Source of the DNA: Eledone cirrhosa
Lineage: Eukaryota
Reading direction: 5' to 3'
DNA: 64,000 nt
NCBI GenBank assembly: GCA_964016885.1
Contig: OZ024752.1
Coordinates: 1,364,001 to 1,428,000, forward strand
In this document: positions 27,941 through 45,543 of the stretch, piece after piece
How the letters are laid out: every line of letters starts with the position of its first letter
How positions within the stretch are numbered: position 1 is the stretch's first letter
Program-made: the position numbers and the translations under genes
The notes under the pieces: model-generated
Database searches by the model: none
Seen by the model: the letters and a program-made list of their open reading frames with translations, nothing else
What the model was told of the DNA's origin: nothing

Positions 27941-28799
27941 AACTCTAAAAAGTTTCATATATAAGTTCAGTAGAGTTGATTCCCATTCAAATATTAATCA
28001 AATATATGTGAGACAATTATCTTAGATTCATCAATTTATATTGTATACCGAAACAATACGAATTGCAATTGTATAGACATACATTAGTTACATGCGTTAA
28101 TATGTTGCCTATAATAGTTTTCTAGGAATAGATTCCATAGCAACTTATAACAACGTACATATACGCCTTACCATTTAACTTTCTAGACAAGAGGGAGTAA
28201 GAACTTTCTGGATTCGGTAAGGACAAGACAGGTTTCACTGTAATAGAATATATTGCGACCAGCGAGTAGAGAAGTAGTAGTTCTAATCTATGTAGTTTTC
28301 ATATTTGTTCTCAACAAAACACTGCGTTCGATATTGAAACAGATACTATAAATTCTATATTTTATATTCGTTATCACTCTGATGAGTGGCTGATGAGAAT
28401 ATGGAAAATGCTGGTGATTATGCTGATTAAAATTGAGATCATTATGTGGAGAATTATAAAATATATACAGAAGTATAGTGACAAACAAAAGCACAGAATT
28501 TCGAATTTATTATATTGGAAATCAGTTGTATGAATGTCAAATGTATTTATAAATTCCTATGGCTCAATATAAAGAGGCGAACACTATGAAAATTGTAAAG
28601 TTACGAGGTGTCTATTATTTATCGTAAATTACAAGAATTTTCCATTAGCAGTCTGGCTTGTATCCAGCACATATTTTAGTATATTATAGTTCTAACGGAC
28701 AATTGTATTTATTACTTACAGCTTGTATTGAGAGAACAAGTATATATTTGATGGATAGCCAAGAGATATGTACATGTATATATATGTATATAAATATTC

Positions 28800-28907
<108 letters not shown>

Positions 28908-29015
28908 TATTAGTTATTTTATTATGATTTTATGATTTACTTACATTTTAAAAAAGAATGAATATACATGCATCTCTCCCCATCTCTCAATATATGCATG
29001 TCACTCACTCTGACT

Positions 29016-29078
<63 letters not shown>

Positions 29079-29748
29079 CATGCAAACATATATACATACA
29101 TGCATACATACATACATCCACACACGCGCAAACACACACACATATCTATTTATATATATATAAACATGTATATATACATATATACATGCATGTATATATA
29201 CAGTGGATGTATTTATATATGTATATGTGTTAGCTTTATATATGTATTGTTTTATCCGTACAAGTAATCATGAGTGTTATTGGTAACACGTAATCTAATA
29301 GAAGCCGTTACATGCGCGTTGCCTCGTTGATGGAACCACCGCCACAACACAACAGACTAGTGTGGAGATTGACAGGATAAAATCTACTGCTCTTAACAAT
29401 CATTAGACACAGCGGTGTCGTGAAAGTATCATGTATGCATTTGACGATGAGATACCACCGATCTCGTATTTTCCGCAATGTTAAAGAAACATGTTCCCTG
29501 CATTGTTTGTGTTGCAGGCAATATCCTCACAACACTATCATTTATTATATGTCCTAAACTATCACATAGATCTCGTGTATGTTGGTAACTTCTGAGGAGA
29601 ATATCCTTCCATCGGTGTTGATAAATTTATTTTACCTTTGGGCACTTGAAGGTTGTCATGCGCTTCATCAGAAATTTCAACAGTCGAATATTGAAGGATC
29701 ATGCATCACTTAATAAATATATCTAAAACTAATCTTTCTCCTCTGCTT

Positions 29749-30047
<299 letters not shown>

Positions 30048-30050
<3 letters not shown>

Positions 30051-30290
30051 GAGGGATACACTCTGTGTTTCTGAGACCGGGGAGACCACAAACCGTCGGT
30101 GCACGTAATGCATGGTAAGATACAGTGTGTATAGAGATATAGAGAGGTATATAGATATATATATCGATATATAGAGAGGTATGAATCCGAATTCAAAGCT
30201 AATCGGTTTGGGCTTATGAGTTCAGCAAGCCTTTGAAAAGACTTGCTGAACACACCTAACGAAACCGCTTGGCGTCTCGATCATTTTTCT
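30048..30290. mobile_element. Old fold-back insert
   Basis: cggttt..gttcagcaag / cttgctgaac..gaaaccg arms around apex ctttgaaaag (about 30235). Confidence 0.5.
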
Positions 30291-30790
30291 GTCTCTCTCT
30301 CTCTCTTTCCCTCTCTCTGTCTCTCTCTCTCTCACTCTCTCTCTCTCTGTCTCCCACTCTCGCGAGTATAAATGAACATGATGAATGGTCTGTAGCGCGT
30401 CATGTCATTATGACATAACTTATCTAGAAGATTTAGTCAGCGTTCTACGCGTCTTCTCTTCCTAAAATAATAATTAATGCTAGGTTAGGTTAGGCAATTC
30501 CATGGGAGGAAATATATCACTGATAGCATATATGAATTATTTTATCATTTATAATGCACTAAGTTTCCAATATGTTCGTTTTTTTCAATATAGCTAGTTA
30601 GTGTTCCACTTATTTGAATTGAGAGCTGATTACCTAAATTGCTACTCAGTTTATGTATGTTCTGCTTTATTTGGGGTCATGCTTGATTAATGCATTCAGT
30701 GTTTGTATCAGATAGTCGAACGTGACTGACAGCATTTTAATACACATAATCCATGGTTTTATAGTACAATGATTATAATAATGACAATGA

Positions 30791-30848
<58 letters not shown>

Positions 30849-31321
30849 GTTACTTTTTAAAGCTGGAAACAATGTGTAGCATATATTCTTTTGTCTAACT
30901 AGGAAGGGGACAATTTGGATAAAATATCGTACACAGAACTAACGAATTTCCTCGAAACGCGTAGAGCAACAAACTGCGAATAACAAATAAATAAATAAAT
31001 AAGTAAATAAAATCTATACATCTGTCTGTCTGCTCTGAACAGTGAAGACAGGTATTTTACATTTTTCCACTCTTTCATTGTCTTAATTACAAAGGCCCGG
31101 CGTTATGGTGTTAAATGTGTTCTTTCAACCACCGGAATAATAGCAGAATTAGTACATTTGTGCTACTTTCACATCACTATCTGCTACCATTCTAACCAGA
31201 ACCTGACAAATTATACCATGCGACTTATTTACATAAATCTATTGTACAGAAGGCTATTTTATTAGGTTAATGTTCAAAAGTGAAGCTGTCAAAATCTTTA
31301 CATATATATATATTGAGTACT

Positions 31322-31607
31322 ATATTCATTAGTTAAGCAAAACAAGACCATCAATTTCACAAGGAAGACATTATTAAAAGATTGTCAACATATTTTAGTT
31401 TGATGTAAGGAATGTAGAGAATAATAATAATAATAATATTAATAATATATGGAACATTATATTATGTAACATTCTCTCATTATTTTAATTTATATTCATT
31501 TGAAGTTTTAAATATGTTAATTATTTTCAACTGAACCAGATCAATTATGATATATAGTCATCTGATCCAGAACTATTATATGGAGTAGCGAAACAATTGT
31601 AAACGAA

Positions 31608-31644
<37 letters not shown>

Positions 31645-32007
31645 GTTGTTATTCCTTGAATCTCAGTCATTGATGTTGGTTAACTGGAAAGTCCGTTGGA
31701 ATGAATATCAAGCCACTACCTGCAGCCTCAGATATTCAGGACGTATCGGAGGGTTCTTGCTGTTCCAAGCAAGCATGCCTTTTGAAGCGTTCCAAAAAGC
31801 GTGAAAGGGCCGATTTTCTTTAACCATCCCTGGAAACTTTTGGAGATAGTCCCCAGTGCGCCTATGACAATCGGGATCACTTTGACTTCATGGCAGTTCC
31901 AAATCCTTTTCACCTCCCACTTTAGGTCCTGGTATCGGTTAATTTTCTCCCTCTCCTTCTCTTGCACTCTCGTGTCGAAAGGGCAGGCCACATCCACAAT
32001 CAGACAC

Positions 32008-32053
<46 letters not shown>

Positions 32054-32150
32054 TCTACATTCCTTACATCAAACTAAAATATGTTGACAATCTTTTAATA
32101 ATGTCTTCCTTGTGAAATGTGTGGTCTTGTTTTGCTTAACTAATGAATAT
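31322..32150. repeat. About 105-bp near-perfect inverted repeat (31322-31430 / 32040-32150)
   Basis: attcattagttaagcaaaacaagacca...tgtaaggaatgtagagaataa versus ttattctctacattccttaca...tggtcttgttttgcttaactaatgaat. Confidence 0.9.
31650..32008 (-). mobile_element. 5'-truncated R4/Dong-like non-LTR retrotransposon (restriction-like endonuclease C-terminus)
   Basis: DVACPFD..EKEREKINRYQDL..EVKRIW..VIPIVIGALG..LQKACLLGTARTLR; (TTA)n on both flanks. Confidence 0.85.
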
Positions 32151-33070
32151 TTCCAACTCTGCGCACCTAACTTCTGCATGAACCCAGCCACCTAGCTGCT
32201 TTCTGCTGCATATTGCACATTGAGCACATGCCTTTACGCTTTGGCTTCTAACTAATTCACCAATCTCTCCTCTCATATCTCCTCTCCTATCTCCATCTCT
32301 CTCTTTAAGATTGGTTACTCTTGAACTGTGTATATATTGAGTACTTAATTTACTGTACGTTAAATGTCACCACAAAACATAGGGAATGTTTTCATTTCCA
32401 TGACGTATCCAGTGTACAAGATTGATTATAGTATTTCTCGAATCAAAAGCTGTAATTACTTAAGATGACTTTTCAATTTCCATTGTTGCTATATAGGCTT
32501 TTACTTAGCCTTTTCTATAGACGTTTGTTAATGTAAGACTTCCGCTGTAGTTATTCTGAGAACAGTTGTAAGAGACTTTAAACTTATGGTTATAAGCATT
32601 TTAAAGTGTATTTACAGATTTTCTTTACGCTTCATTTGGTCCAAACGATCTTGTATTTACGTGCAATATTGTTGTGTCTGATAAGCTCTATGTGTTTGAT
32701 ATATACCTTTCCACCTCTTCACGTTTTGAGAGTTTTAAAATTTCATATACTGCAATATATGCAATTTCAAATGCGCAAATGATTACTTTATTCTTACGAT
32801 AATCATCAACCATTTATTTCGTTCTCCACCCCCACTCTCTCTTCTATCTCCCCTCTCTCTCTCCTTATATATGTGCATACAGATTTTTTGAAATATCAAT
32901 TCTTGTGTTTATTTCTGAGTATTGTGTTCGCATCAATTCAATCAACATTCTATGGTGTAAACAGATTGAAACATTCAACTTCTGTTGTATGTATCCAATA
33001 GAAACTTGCAACAATACACACATACACATGCACGCACGCACACACACACATATATACACACACACACATA

Positions 33071-33202
<132 letters not shown>

Positions 33203-34269
33203 TCAATCTCCGACTATTATCTGGAAACGTGCTGGAGTAGAATTGAAATATAATGTAGAATTTATAAAGAGATACTTGGACACTTCATTTAGCATTATAT
33301 AAAAAATAACGATCATGCCCGATAATATATTAGTCTCATTATAACTGAGAAGGACCTGCATATAGACATTAAATCAGTTATATTTTATTTTTATAAACAT
33401 ATATTCTATTGTTAACTGAGTTACCAAGTAATCTAATGGAAAACTAATGTTCATTTTACTAAACTTTCCCATTAGTCGGTGTCTCGTATCATAGACATTC
33501 CCGGATATTTCGTATTTAATCAATCATTGGTCATTATAAAATACACTAGAATATGTGTACCCTAACTTAAATAACGTTGCTTCTACTGAAGTATATGTCA
33601 TTAATGTGAATTGCTTATAATCAGTTTGCCCTTGAGAAAATTGAGTGCATGTGACAGGTTAAACCCCTTGCCAATGAGATAACGTAGTAGAGTGGAAGTA
33701 TCACTGTCGAAATAAGTCAATGACCCGATTGATGATGCTTTGATAACAATATAAAGGAGTTTATCATTCAATCTCATATGATGGACAAAATGTATAAGCT
33801 TGACAACTTATTAACTGTGGTTCACCTTCCATCATAAACTATCAATCAATTTCCTATAATCGTTCAAAATATTGTCGCGTGGTCAATAACACCTAATACA
33901 CAATTCGGCAATATATGAATAGTCCACCATAATTAAACAAAAACATTCATCATTTGGAAATTTGATCTATCATAATATAATATCCTATTTTATATATTGT
34001 AGAGGAAACACGTCCTATTAAAAAGATTACTAAGTATGGCCATTAACAATGGATTTCTTAAACTACGCGAAATATACACCTATCAAATAATTATGAACAA
34101 TGATAAAGTATGGGATGATGGAATATCACATGACTTCTCTAACTTTTGTAAATATCCTCATTAGTCGAAGTATATGGATTGTAAAGTTTTCAAAATATGA
34201 AAAAAAATGTATTCTCTAAAATACATCACGCCAATTATACCAACAATTTTATATCCAATAAAGACACAG

Positions 34270-34383
<114 letters not shown>

Positions 34384-34513
34384 GAGAAGAAAGAAGAATA
34401 CTGCGTGGTTGCACATGGGTTACATATGATAAAAATAGTCCTTCGTCAGTGATTTTCCAAGCATCATTGGTATTTCATCGCATTAAAAATCATATACCTC
34501 AGGTTGGTGCGAG

Positions 34514-34565
<52 letters not shown>

Positions 34566-35144
34566 TATATGGGTGTGTGGGGGTACGTGTGTGGGTGTTA
34601 TACTGATATGTGAAGTTGTTTCGTTAACAATATTAGGCTGAGACTTATTCTACTACATATCAGTTATTGTTGCTAAGATCATCCTCCAGCAAACCCTGCC
34701 CACCATTATCATGTGAAATTGCATGGCCTAAAACCCGTTGTCATCGTTACTATGATGTTTAGTCTCTCAATTCATCTGAACATATCTGGTCCGTTGAAGA
34801 TCTATGCAAGCACGTTCAAACATATGTCGATTTATGATATCAGAAATGCGAGGATGTGGATCATAGAGGTATCTATTTGCTGCATGTGATTTCCAGGTGA
34901 TGCCTTGGACCGTTTACAACCTTCGCACATATATATATACCATTGATCTTCTTTTTGAGCGTCTTTTGAAAATCCCTGTCTGACGTGGAATCACATATTG
35001 TGTAGAAACGTTAGGAGCAATGATGACACTTCTGACACAAGAGCCGCTGACTTATTCGATGAAGATTCCTAATTACCTATGATTTTCTTCTAATCCTTCC
35101 ATGGATATATGTTTGTGGTCATAAAAGCTCATGTCAAAAGGACA

Positions 35145-35250
35145 TTCGCCGAGGTTAACTTTGCCTTTCATCCTTACGGAGTCGATAACAAAAGTACCAG
35201 TAATGCACTGGGTAATTGCTGGTCTTGTGCCAAAAAGTAAAAACAATTAT
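35145..35250 (+). mobile_element. 5'-truncated SINE
   Basis: cgccgaggttaactttgcctttcatcc..gtaccagt..cttgtgccaaaa. Confidence 0.85.
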
Positions 35251-35686
35251 ATCACTAAATGGAAACAAAACTAGGGCGTCTAAATATATAGGTTCATATC
35301 AAAAGGATCTCAACACTCTCACAGATACAGAGCCGACAAACCTCACTGCCTCCCACCCCTATTGGGAGGGGGAGCAACACGGAGATTATTCCACCTCAAT
35401 TTGAAGTTCCGGTTATTGTTTTTGTTTATAACGGTTTTTTCATGTAATCCTCTAAATACACACGTTGAATTCTTGGCCCTTCTTTGGTAATTCTATATGC
35501 GCTTGTTTGTGTTTTTGCTGCTTTGTCCACAGATATTTGTTGTGTTAACACTGGTCTGAGGATCAGGCAGTCTTAGAGTCTGGTCTTGGGGTGCCCTCCC
35601 AGATCACTTGTCAACAGCTTGAGAAACATTTGTAACAAAGATTGCGCAATGCAACATCTCCACTTTGGTATTATATATATATATAT

Positions 35687-37771
<2,085 letters not shown>

Positions 37772-37849
37772 TATAAATCTCTCTCTATATATATATGTGT
37801 GTGTGTGTGTATGTATATATATATATATTATAAGAACTGATTAAAGTTT

Positions 37850-37975
37850 AAGCAAATAATCGCTGCTTTCACCATTAACAGGATCTTCATAACATGATCC
37901 CGTTAATGTTGAAAACAGTGATACTTTGCCTATCGAGCCCTCTTCGGATTGTAGTCTTTACATTTATTATTACTA
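37850..37975 (+). mobile_element. Small fold-back insert with tail
   Basis: ttcaccattaacaggatc / gatcccgttaatgttgaa; tail tatcgagccctctt.ggatt.tagtctt recurs on the - strand at 56190-56237. Confidence 0.65.
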
Positions 37976-38129
37976 TATATATACATATATATAGTTCAAG
38001 GAAACAACAAAATAAGTCTTATTAGATTTATGTTTATAGGGAAAATGGGAAGAAAGTTCGACGTGTCGGGCTTTCTTTCTTTAGGAGTAAAACAGAAAGA
38101 TACAGAAATGGAAGGTAGTCCTACGAATA

Positions 38130-38250
38130 TAATTGTTTCTACTTTTTGTCACAAGGCCAGCAATTACCCAGTGCATTACTGGTACTTTATTTTATAGACT
38201 CCATAAGGATGAAAGGCAAAATCAACCTCAGCGGGATTTGAACTCAGATC
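38130..38250 (-). mobile_element. SINE (truncated)
   Basis: Core and tail of the main SINE family. Confidence 0.85.
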
Positions 38251-38336
38251 GTTTTAATGAGATCTAATAAGTCACACCGTTAGGTAGTCCTGGCAACGAT
38301 TACTAACGCAAAGTCAAATGTGTGTGTATTACTCTC

Positions 38337-38381
<45 letters not shown>

Positions 38382-39462
38382 CGAGAGTAATATACATATA
38401 TTTATATATATATATATATATAATATTAAGGATACTATTTATAGTTATGTATATTTTAAACTATAAACAGGGAAGGTCAGTAAGATAAATAGCTCAATGT
38501 AATAACATCAGTTGTTCTACAGGGCAGTTATATAGAATAATATATTCTAGATATATATATATATATAATATATTCATTAGAGAATAGTTTTCCCAAATAG
38601 ATGATATATTTATGCGTTATTGCTTATCGTGCATACATTCTCTGTATATATTTTTGTTTGTAGTATATGCTTGATAATTTTTTATGAAATAATATTTCGT
38701 ATCATTAATCAATTACTTATTTCATTTACAGGCAACACTTTTTCTAACAATAGAACCTTACATTAAAATAAGTAACCTATTCCGTTTACATGTTACAACA
38801 ATTCTATCGAACGGTAATTTGTTCATTTGAATGCAAACATTGCGAATACCATTCCCATGCGTGTAAACAAATAATATTATTATCACATTAGTAAAATCGA
38901 TATCAAACATTCAGTTGGCGATTTCTTTGCTAGATAAATTCCCAAATGAATAGAGTAATGTCGGTAATCTATAACGCTGGTTAGGGAACTAAATAAGCTT
39001 TTTTGCGGAATATGTACAAATGCATTATTAAAGCAATAGTTCCTCAAAATCATAACCTAAACGGAGAGAATGGATATTCGTGTACTGCAAATAGAATATA
39101 TTCTGTAATGATGCTTGAAGATAGAAAATTTGGTAAATTGGGAATAATGCGCAGATGAAAATATATTCATTTGAATTTTGTGGCTGACATCTGAAATCAT
39201 TTCTATAAAAACAATTTATATAAGAATTTAAACTAATGTGAAACGATAATTTATATTACTTTACGCCTGGATGTGCAAATTCATATTAAGAAAGTGCGTT
39301 TTTCCCAGTAAGCTCGGACACTTGGCATTTAGAGGAAGTATTGCAATTATTATCATCGTGTCATATATACAATTTGCTTTGTAACGTTACGCTTTCATAA
39401 AATGAGTCATTTCTGAAATGAAAAAGTGATATGTTATTGACTTACACTTCTCCTTATATGTA

Positions 39463-39505
<43 letters not shown>

Positions 39506-39686
39506 GAAAGGTATAGAAAACATTGTAGCAAAAAGCCAACAGCATTCCATAAAATATATATATATATATATGAATATATATATTTATATATATATAGTAA
39601 TATATATATATATATATATACATCTGTATATATACATACATAAACACACACAGATTCACATACACATACACAGACAGCGACACACC

Positions 39687-39756
<70 letters not shown>

Positions 39757-40473
39757 TGTTTTAACAATATAGTATAGTGTTATCACCAAGGGATTATATG
39801 GTAATAAGATAGAAAAAAATGGATGACATTTTAAGATGTAGGTCAGGTCTTTCAAGTGTTGAGTGGAAAGTCTTATTGACAACAGTATAATGCATACCTA
39901 AATTCAAATTTCTTTATAGGTTGTGAGATTACGTCTACTGCAGGTGTTTCTATGTTGGTTCCTTACATTCATATCCGAGGAACAAGTAACGCATAATTTA
40001 CAGGAAAATCAATAGGGAACCTCCCCTATAGCTTCATACATCTGATACCAAATTCAAAAAAGAAACCGACTCTATTCGACGATCAAGATAAAAATATATT
40101 TATCATTTTCCTTTAACTTATAATTACCTTTTTCATAGATCACAAAAATACAAATACTAAAATGGATTACATATCTATTGAAATATCCACGCAATGATGG
40201 CAAAACTTTGATATATCCAGAAACGTTATTATTCCCCCTCCTATTTATATGAAGAGCGCAGAATCAATTTATTGATAAATGAAATAAAAATAAATATATC
40301 CCCTGTGATTAATGAAATAGATTCTCCCTCGAATAATATCATTGTTGACTACAAAAAAACAACAACAACAAACAAACACACAAACAAACAAACGAAAAAA
40401 AAAACAAAAAAAATGTATGCACGTGAGAGAAAGAACGAGCGAGTATGAGTGACCGAGTGAGAGAGAGAGAGAG

Positions 40474-40544
<71 letters not shown>

Positions 40545-42769
40545 CTCCGCTGGGGATTGTGGTACTCGTATGCCTTTCGCCCATCAAATCTTTTTGGAAC
40601 ACCTATTACTTGATGCAACCCGTTACTGGGCACCACAGATGTAAAGTGGGCTCCATCTATTTAACCACGAGCTATTTTCACAATTGAATTCATGTAAAAT
40701 GTCACCTCATATTAGTTCTAATTATATATACAGTTATGTATGTCAATTTCCTCACTATTTCTATATACTGTGATCTTAAAATCTGAAAATATAGATTCTA
40801 AGTGTAGTATCACGTTACATATAACTTCTGTATTTGACGAAATATTGCAAATTGAAACCATTATTTGTGATGTATATTTCAGTAGTAAGCAATTTGTGTA
40901 GAAGGAGTTGAAATCAGTCTCTAACTTGGCTTCACATGAAATATATATATATAACGATATTAAACCCGTGACACATAAACATGAAGAGGGTGAGACATTG
41001 ATTCGGGATATTTGACTGGTCAGGAGATTATATGGGAATTCTCTGGCAAAAAAATGCTAATAATAGCGAAAATAATTATAAAGATTTACATCAACTCTTT
41101 GACTTAAATGTTCAATACATATTATCGATCTAAATTCAATATTTATATTCATTTGATGGACGGTAACTATACATAATTCCTTGCAATTCGCTGTGGATAT
41201 ATGAGAAATTTGAAGTTTATGCAGACGTATAAATGTTATTCGAGAACATATGTAGGTTTTCGTATGAGCTAATGCATTTCAGAAAAAGATTACCGGATTT
41301 CAACACAGTGAACACAATATTAGTTGCAAATTAAACAAAAAGAAATTAATGAAGAAAGAAATATATGGATATATGTACTATTACTACAGTGCTCTGTGAT
41401 TTGCACAAAGAACCTTTGCTAAATTTTAACAGAAAGTAAAGTAAAACAAATTTCAAAATGATTTATTTTATTTATATTCAATGTCTAAGTCTAAAAGTAA
41501 TTGTATATTGCAAATGACAGATTAATGACAAAAATAATATATTGCAATATTTACAATAGTCTGGGCTTTTCATTCGTATTTTCCTATATGTTACGTATCT
41601 GTTCCATATATGTTTTTAGAGTACATACAAATTATGTTTTTCTAAACACTGTCTTTTTTTAAAAATTATAATGGATTCTGTCATTCGCAAGCATAATCGG
41701 AAATAATGTTGATATTGAATTATTCAGGTTATCTAGCTTATTGTCATATATATTAGTTGCAATATTGTTGTTAACAAGTTGCACTATAATCTCAGCCATG
41801 CATTAATTACTCAGGCTGATTAAAATATCTGGATGGATATATGAACTGAATTGGTGATAAGTTGGAATATATACTTTCTACATCAAATGCGATTTGCAGA
41901 AAATTAAAATGAATACATTGAATGAACATTTAGAGCACAAAAACTACATATTCTTCAGTGATGTGTCGAATAACACGCTGCTAAAATCCAATACATTAAG
42001 GATATGACACCTAGAAATATCTCATTATCATCATATATGCAAATACGTATGAGAAGGGTGAAATAAACATTAAAGTGCCACGTTCGAAATATACAGAGAG
42101 AAATAATTAACGCTCATTCTAGCAGTGTTATGCTTAAAGCATCACCCCAATACAACCTTTCTTGTAATTACGAAATTGGTATAAACATGAAAAAAACTTT
42201 CTTTAGCTTATTAATACAAGTTAATATATTTACATGTAGAATCATTTGTGCTGACAATCGTTGTTTCAATGACGTTTGGATGCAAATGACACACATAAAT
42301 GGTAATTTCATATATTTATGGACATTTCTCTACTCGTCAGCCTTATTATAACTAGAGAAACAGAACCACAACGGGTCTACATATAGTTTGTTATAGTGTT
42401 AAGTCTACATATTTAATTAAGTCTACATATTTAATTTGAGTCATGTTTTATACTCTATAGATAATAAATTTAGCACCCAAATCCCTCTTAATCCTGATTC
42501 TGCAACGTTAAAGAAGTAACGCCATAGGTAATAACATGGTACTATATATATCATCTGAATAAAAGATGCGGTGACCACTGTGGGAGGATGCATTTTATCA
42601 AACCTCTCCCCACGCAACTAACTTTGATATGAGGTTAAAATAAAAATCTATGGATGAAAGAAAGGCAATGTAAGCTCCAAATAATTTGTTTGGTCCTCTA
42701 TCAAAGATTTGAATCATCTACATTCGAGCATTAAAAGATTTCAAATACAGACAGAAGGTGATCAATTTG

Positions 42770-42860
42770 TGGAGGTGAAAATCGATTAGATCATCCACAG
42801 TCCTTTCTGGTACTTTATTTTGTCGATCCCAGAATGATGAAAGGTAAATTTGACCTCAGC
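42770..42860 (-). mobile_element. Degenerate SINE core
   Basis: ctggtactttattttgtcgatccc..gatgaaagg.aaa.ttgacctc. Confidence 0.65.
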
Positions 42861-43291
42861 ATTCAACCTCACCATTTAAATAAAAACAAAACATTCTGTA
42901 TTTCTGTTTGTTAACATTTTATGAATGTTTAATTCAATCCATATGATTAATATTATACCAGACACTTAATTATGTAGCTATATATGTATATATATATATA
43001 TGTATATATATATACATATTAGAACAAATATCGAAATTGTACATTTGATGCTAACATTTGGTTTAATTTTCAATTTTTATAGAACATTTCAAACAAACAT
43101 GAATTTATTCAAAAAAGTATTATTGTCAATGCATTTTCTTGATTATAGACATCGTTATAATATTTCAAAATAATGCAGCTATACAATAAATTATGAATAA
43201 AGCAAACACAATTCAATAAACAGAAAATTGAGATATTTATAATGGTGTTCATTTTTATGGCTTTTAATCTATACATACACGCAAACACACA

Positions 43292-43366
<75 letters not shown>

Positions 43367-43383
43367 TCATATATATATATATA

Positions 43384-43426
<43 letters not shown>

Positions 43427-43458
43427 AAACATACATATACATCTCTCTCACTCTCTCT

Positions 43459-43506
<48 letters not shown>

Positions 43507-44169
43507 GTGCGTGTGCGTGTCTAGGTGTGTATATATCTGTGTGTAGAAATTGCTTATTGTTTCGTATTCTTGTGTAAACGTATATCAGTTGGGAACGAAG
43601 CTAGAGATGAGTATCTATGAAAATAATATAAATATTTTGTTTTGCCAATCAAATGTATCGCATTAGTGGATATAGTAATTGATGGGCTAACAGAAGCTGG
43701 GAATATTTCAGAATTGTGCAATAAATCTAATAAACCTATTTAGTTACACTAGGCATATTATAGATTAAATAAATTCATTTTTCATTTAATTTTAATGCGT
43801 ATTCATTACAAATGATATATTATTACTTCGGTCTCACAAATTTTTGTAATTGATTGTTTTCCTATATAACTTTTCTGTAAATAAATACGAATATTTTTGC
43901 CAGTTTACCAGGTTTCTGTGATATATATGTTCATAGCGAATAGCATAGAATGCATTATAACACACAATATATAACAATATATTAATAATTATGTTACGTT
44001 CAACTTTTTCGCGCATAAGATACAAGAGCGAATACAATATTCAGATATATACATAACCAAATTTAATAAACCCTGGATTGGCAAAGGTTTTAGAAAATTA
44101 TTCTGTGTTGAGGCAATCATGTAATCTCTGTATAAACCATACTCTTGAGACAGTATGTGACCTGAATCA

Positions 44170-44570
44170 ATAATGGTTTCTTATATAGGCACAAGGCCAT
44201 CAATTATGGGGGAGGGAAAAGTCAATTAAAGCGACTCCAGTGCATGACTGGTACTTTATTTTATCGACTCCGTAAGGATGAGAGGCAAAGTTAATCTCGG
44301 CGGGATTTGAACTCAGATCATAAAGGGCCGTAAATATATGGTGCAAAGCATGGCATCCAGCCCTCTACTGATACTGCCAATCCACCGCCTTGACCTCTAT
44401 CAATAATTGTTTCTACTTTTTGCACAATGCCAGCAATTATCCCAGTGTATTACTGGTGCTTTATTTTATCGATCCCGTAAGGATGAAAGGCAAAGTTAAC
44501 CTCGACGGGATTTGAACTCTGTGTTGCAAGACATGGCATCTGACCCTCAACCGATACTGCCAATACAACC
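44170..44570 (-). mobile_element. Two tandem SINE copies (44170-44390, 44403-44570)
   Basis: Two head-core-tail units in direct orientation. Confidence 0.88.
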
Positions 44571-44624
44571 AATTTAAACCTCTCTAGTGACATTTGGATG
44601 ACAACTAATGGTAGGCAACTATAA

Positions 44625-44670
<46 letters not shown>

Positions 44671-44749
44671 TAGATATGTGTCTCATTCATGAATACTGGT
44701 ATTTACATTATAGTGGCTAATTCATAAAAATTGATAATTCAAATGGATG

Positions 44750-45364
44750 AGACATAATATATTTTTAATATATTTTAAATATATCATCTTTCTTTCTTTT
44801 TTTTTTCTCCTATACACTAATCTAACTGTATCCCTTCCCTTAACCTCTCACATATACGATGATCATCTGTCAAAATGCAGCCTACTATGTTTTTTTTTTT
44901 TTTTCACCATCAATGTATTTCTCTCTATCCTTGTCTCTCTATCTCGCTCCGTTGTTTTTCTTTACATACATCTCTTTTCTCTTTGCATACATCTCTTCAT
45001 CTTCTTCTTTTTTATTTACATACATCTCTTCACCTTCTTCTTCTCATCTTCGTTTTCTTTCTATATAACTATCATAACAGTTTCGCTACCAAATCACCTT
45101 TTTTAAAAGGAAGTTGCATTCTCAAAAGGTATGTCACTAATTATTTATAAAACAGCTTATGTATTGTATTTTGTCTGAGGAAGGCATAACATATTTTTAA
45201 TATGATATCCCAGAAATATATATAACGAAATAAATATGGTTTTATAAATATAGTTTCCATTTGTTTAATATCGTAAACCTACTCCAGACACTGTCGAGTG
45301 CTTTTATATCAGTTATAAAATATTTACTCGTTGTAACCCAACAATCTTAAATAAAACTTTTGCA
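44750..45364 (+). mobile_element. PLE-like terminal repeat: pyrimidine-rich UTR, HHR (45168-45231) and tail
   Basis: attttgt-CTGAGGA-stem II-GAAA-TATATA-TA-acgaaat; tail homologous to 56280-56400 (-). Confidence 0.8.
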
Positions 45365-45460
45365 TATATATATATATATATATATATATGTACGTTATAC
45401 GTTATAGTTGCCTACCTCTAGTTGTCATCATCTAAGAAAAATCTTCGTCCAAATGAGTTT

Positions 45461-45543
45461 GTTTCCTGATGATTTCGAAGCTCGGAACTATATCCTTCAT
45501 CGGATATTTCCAAAAAGCGAATGAAACCCTAAAGAGTAGAAAC
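45461..45543 (+). ncRNA. Type I HHR motif with extended stem II
   Basis: gtttc-CTGATGA-tttcg..[ggaa..atatcc/ggatat.ttcc]..cgaat-GAAAC-cctaaaga-GTA-gaaac. The flanking cgttatagttg end recurs at about 45880 and, inverted, at about 44620. Confidence 0.65.
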
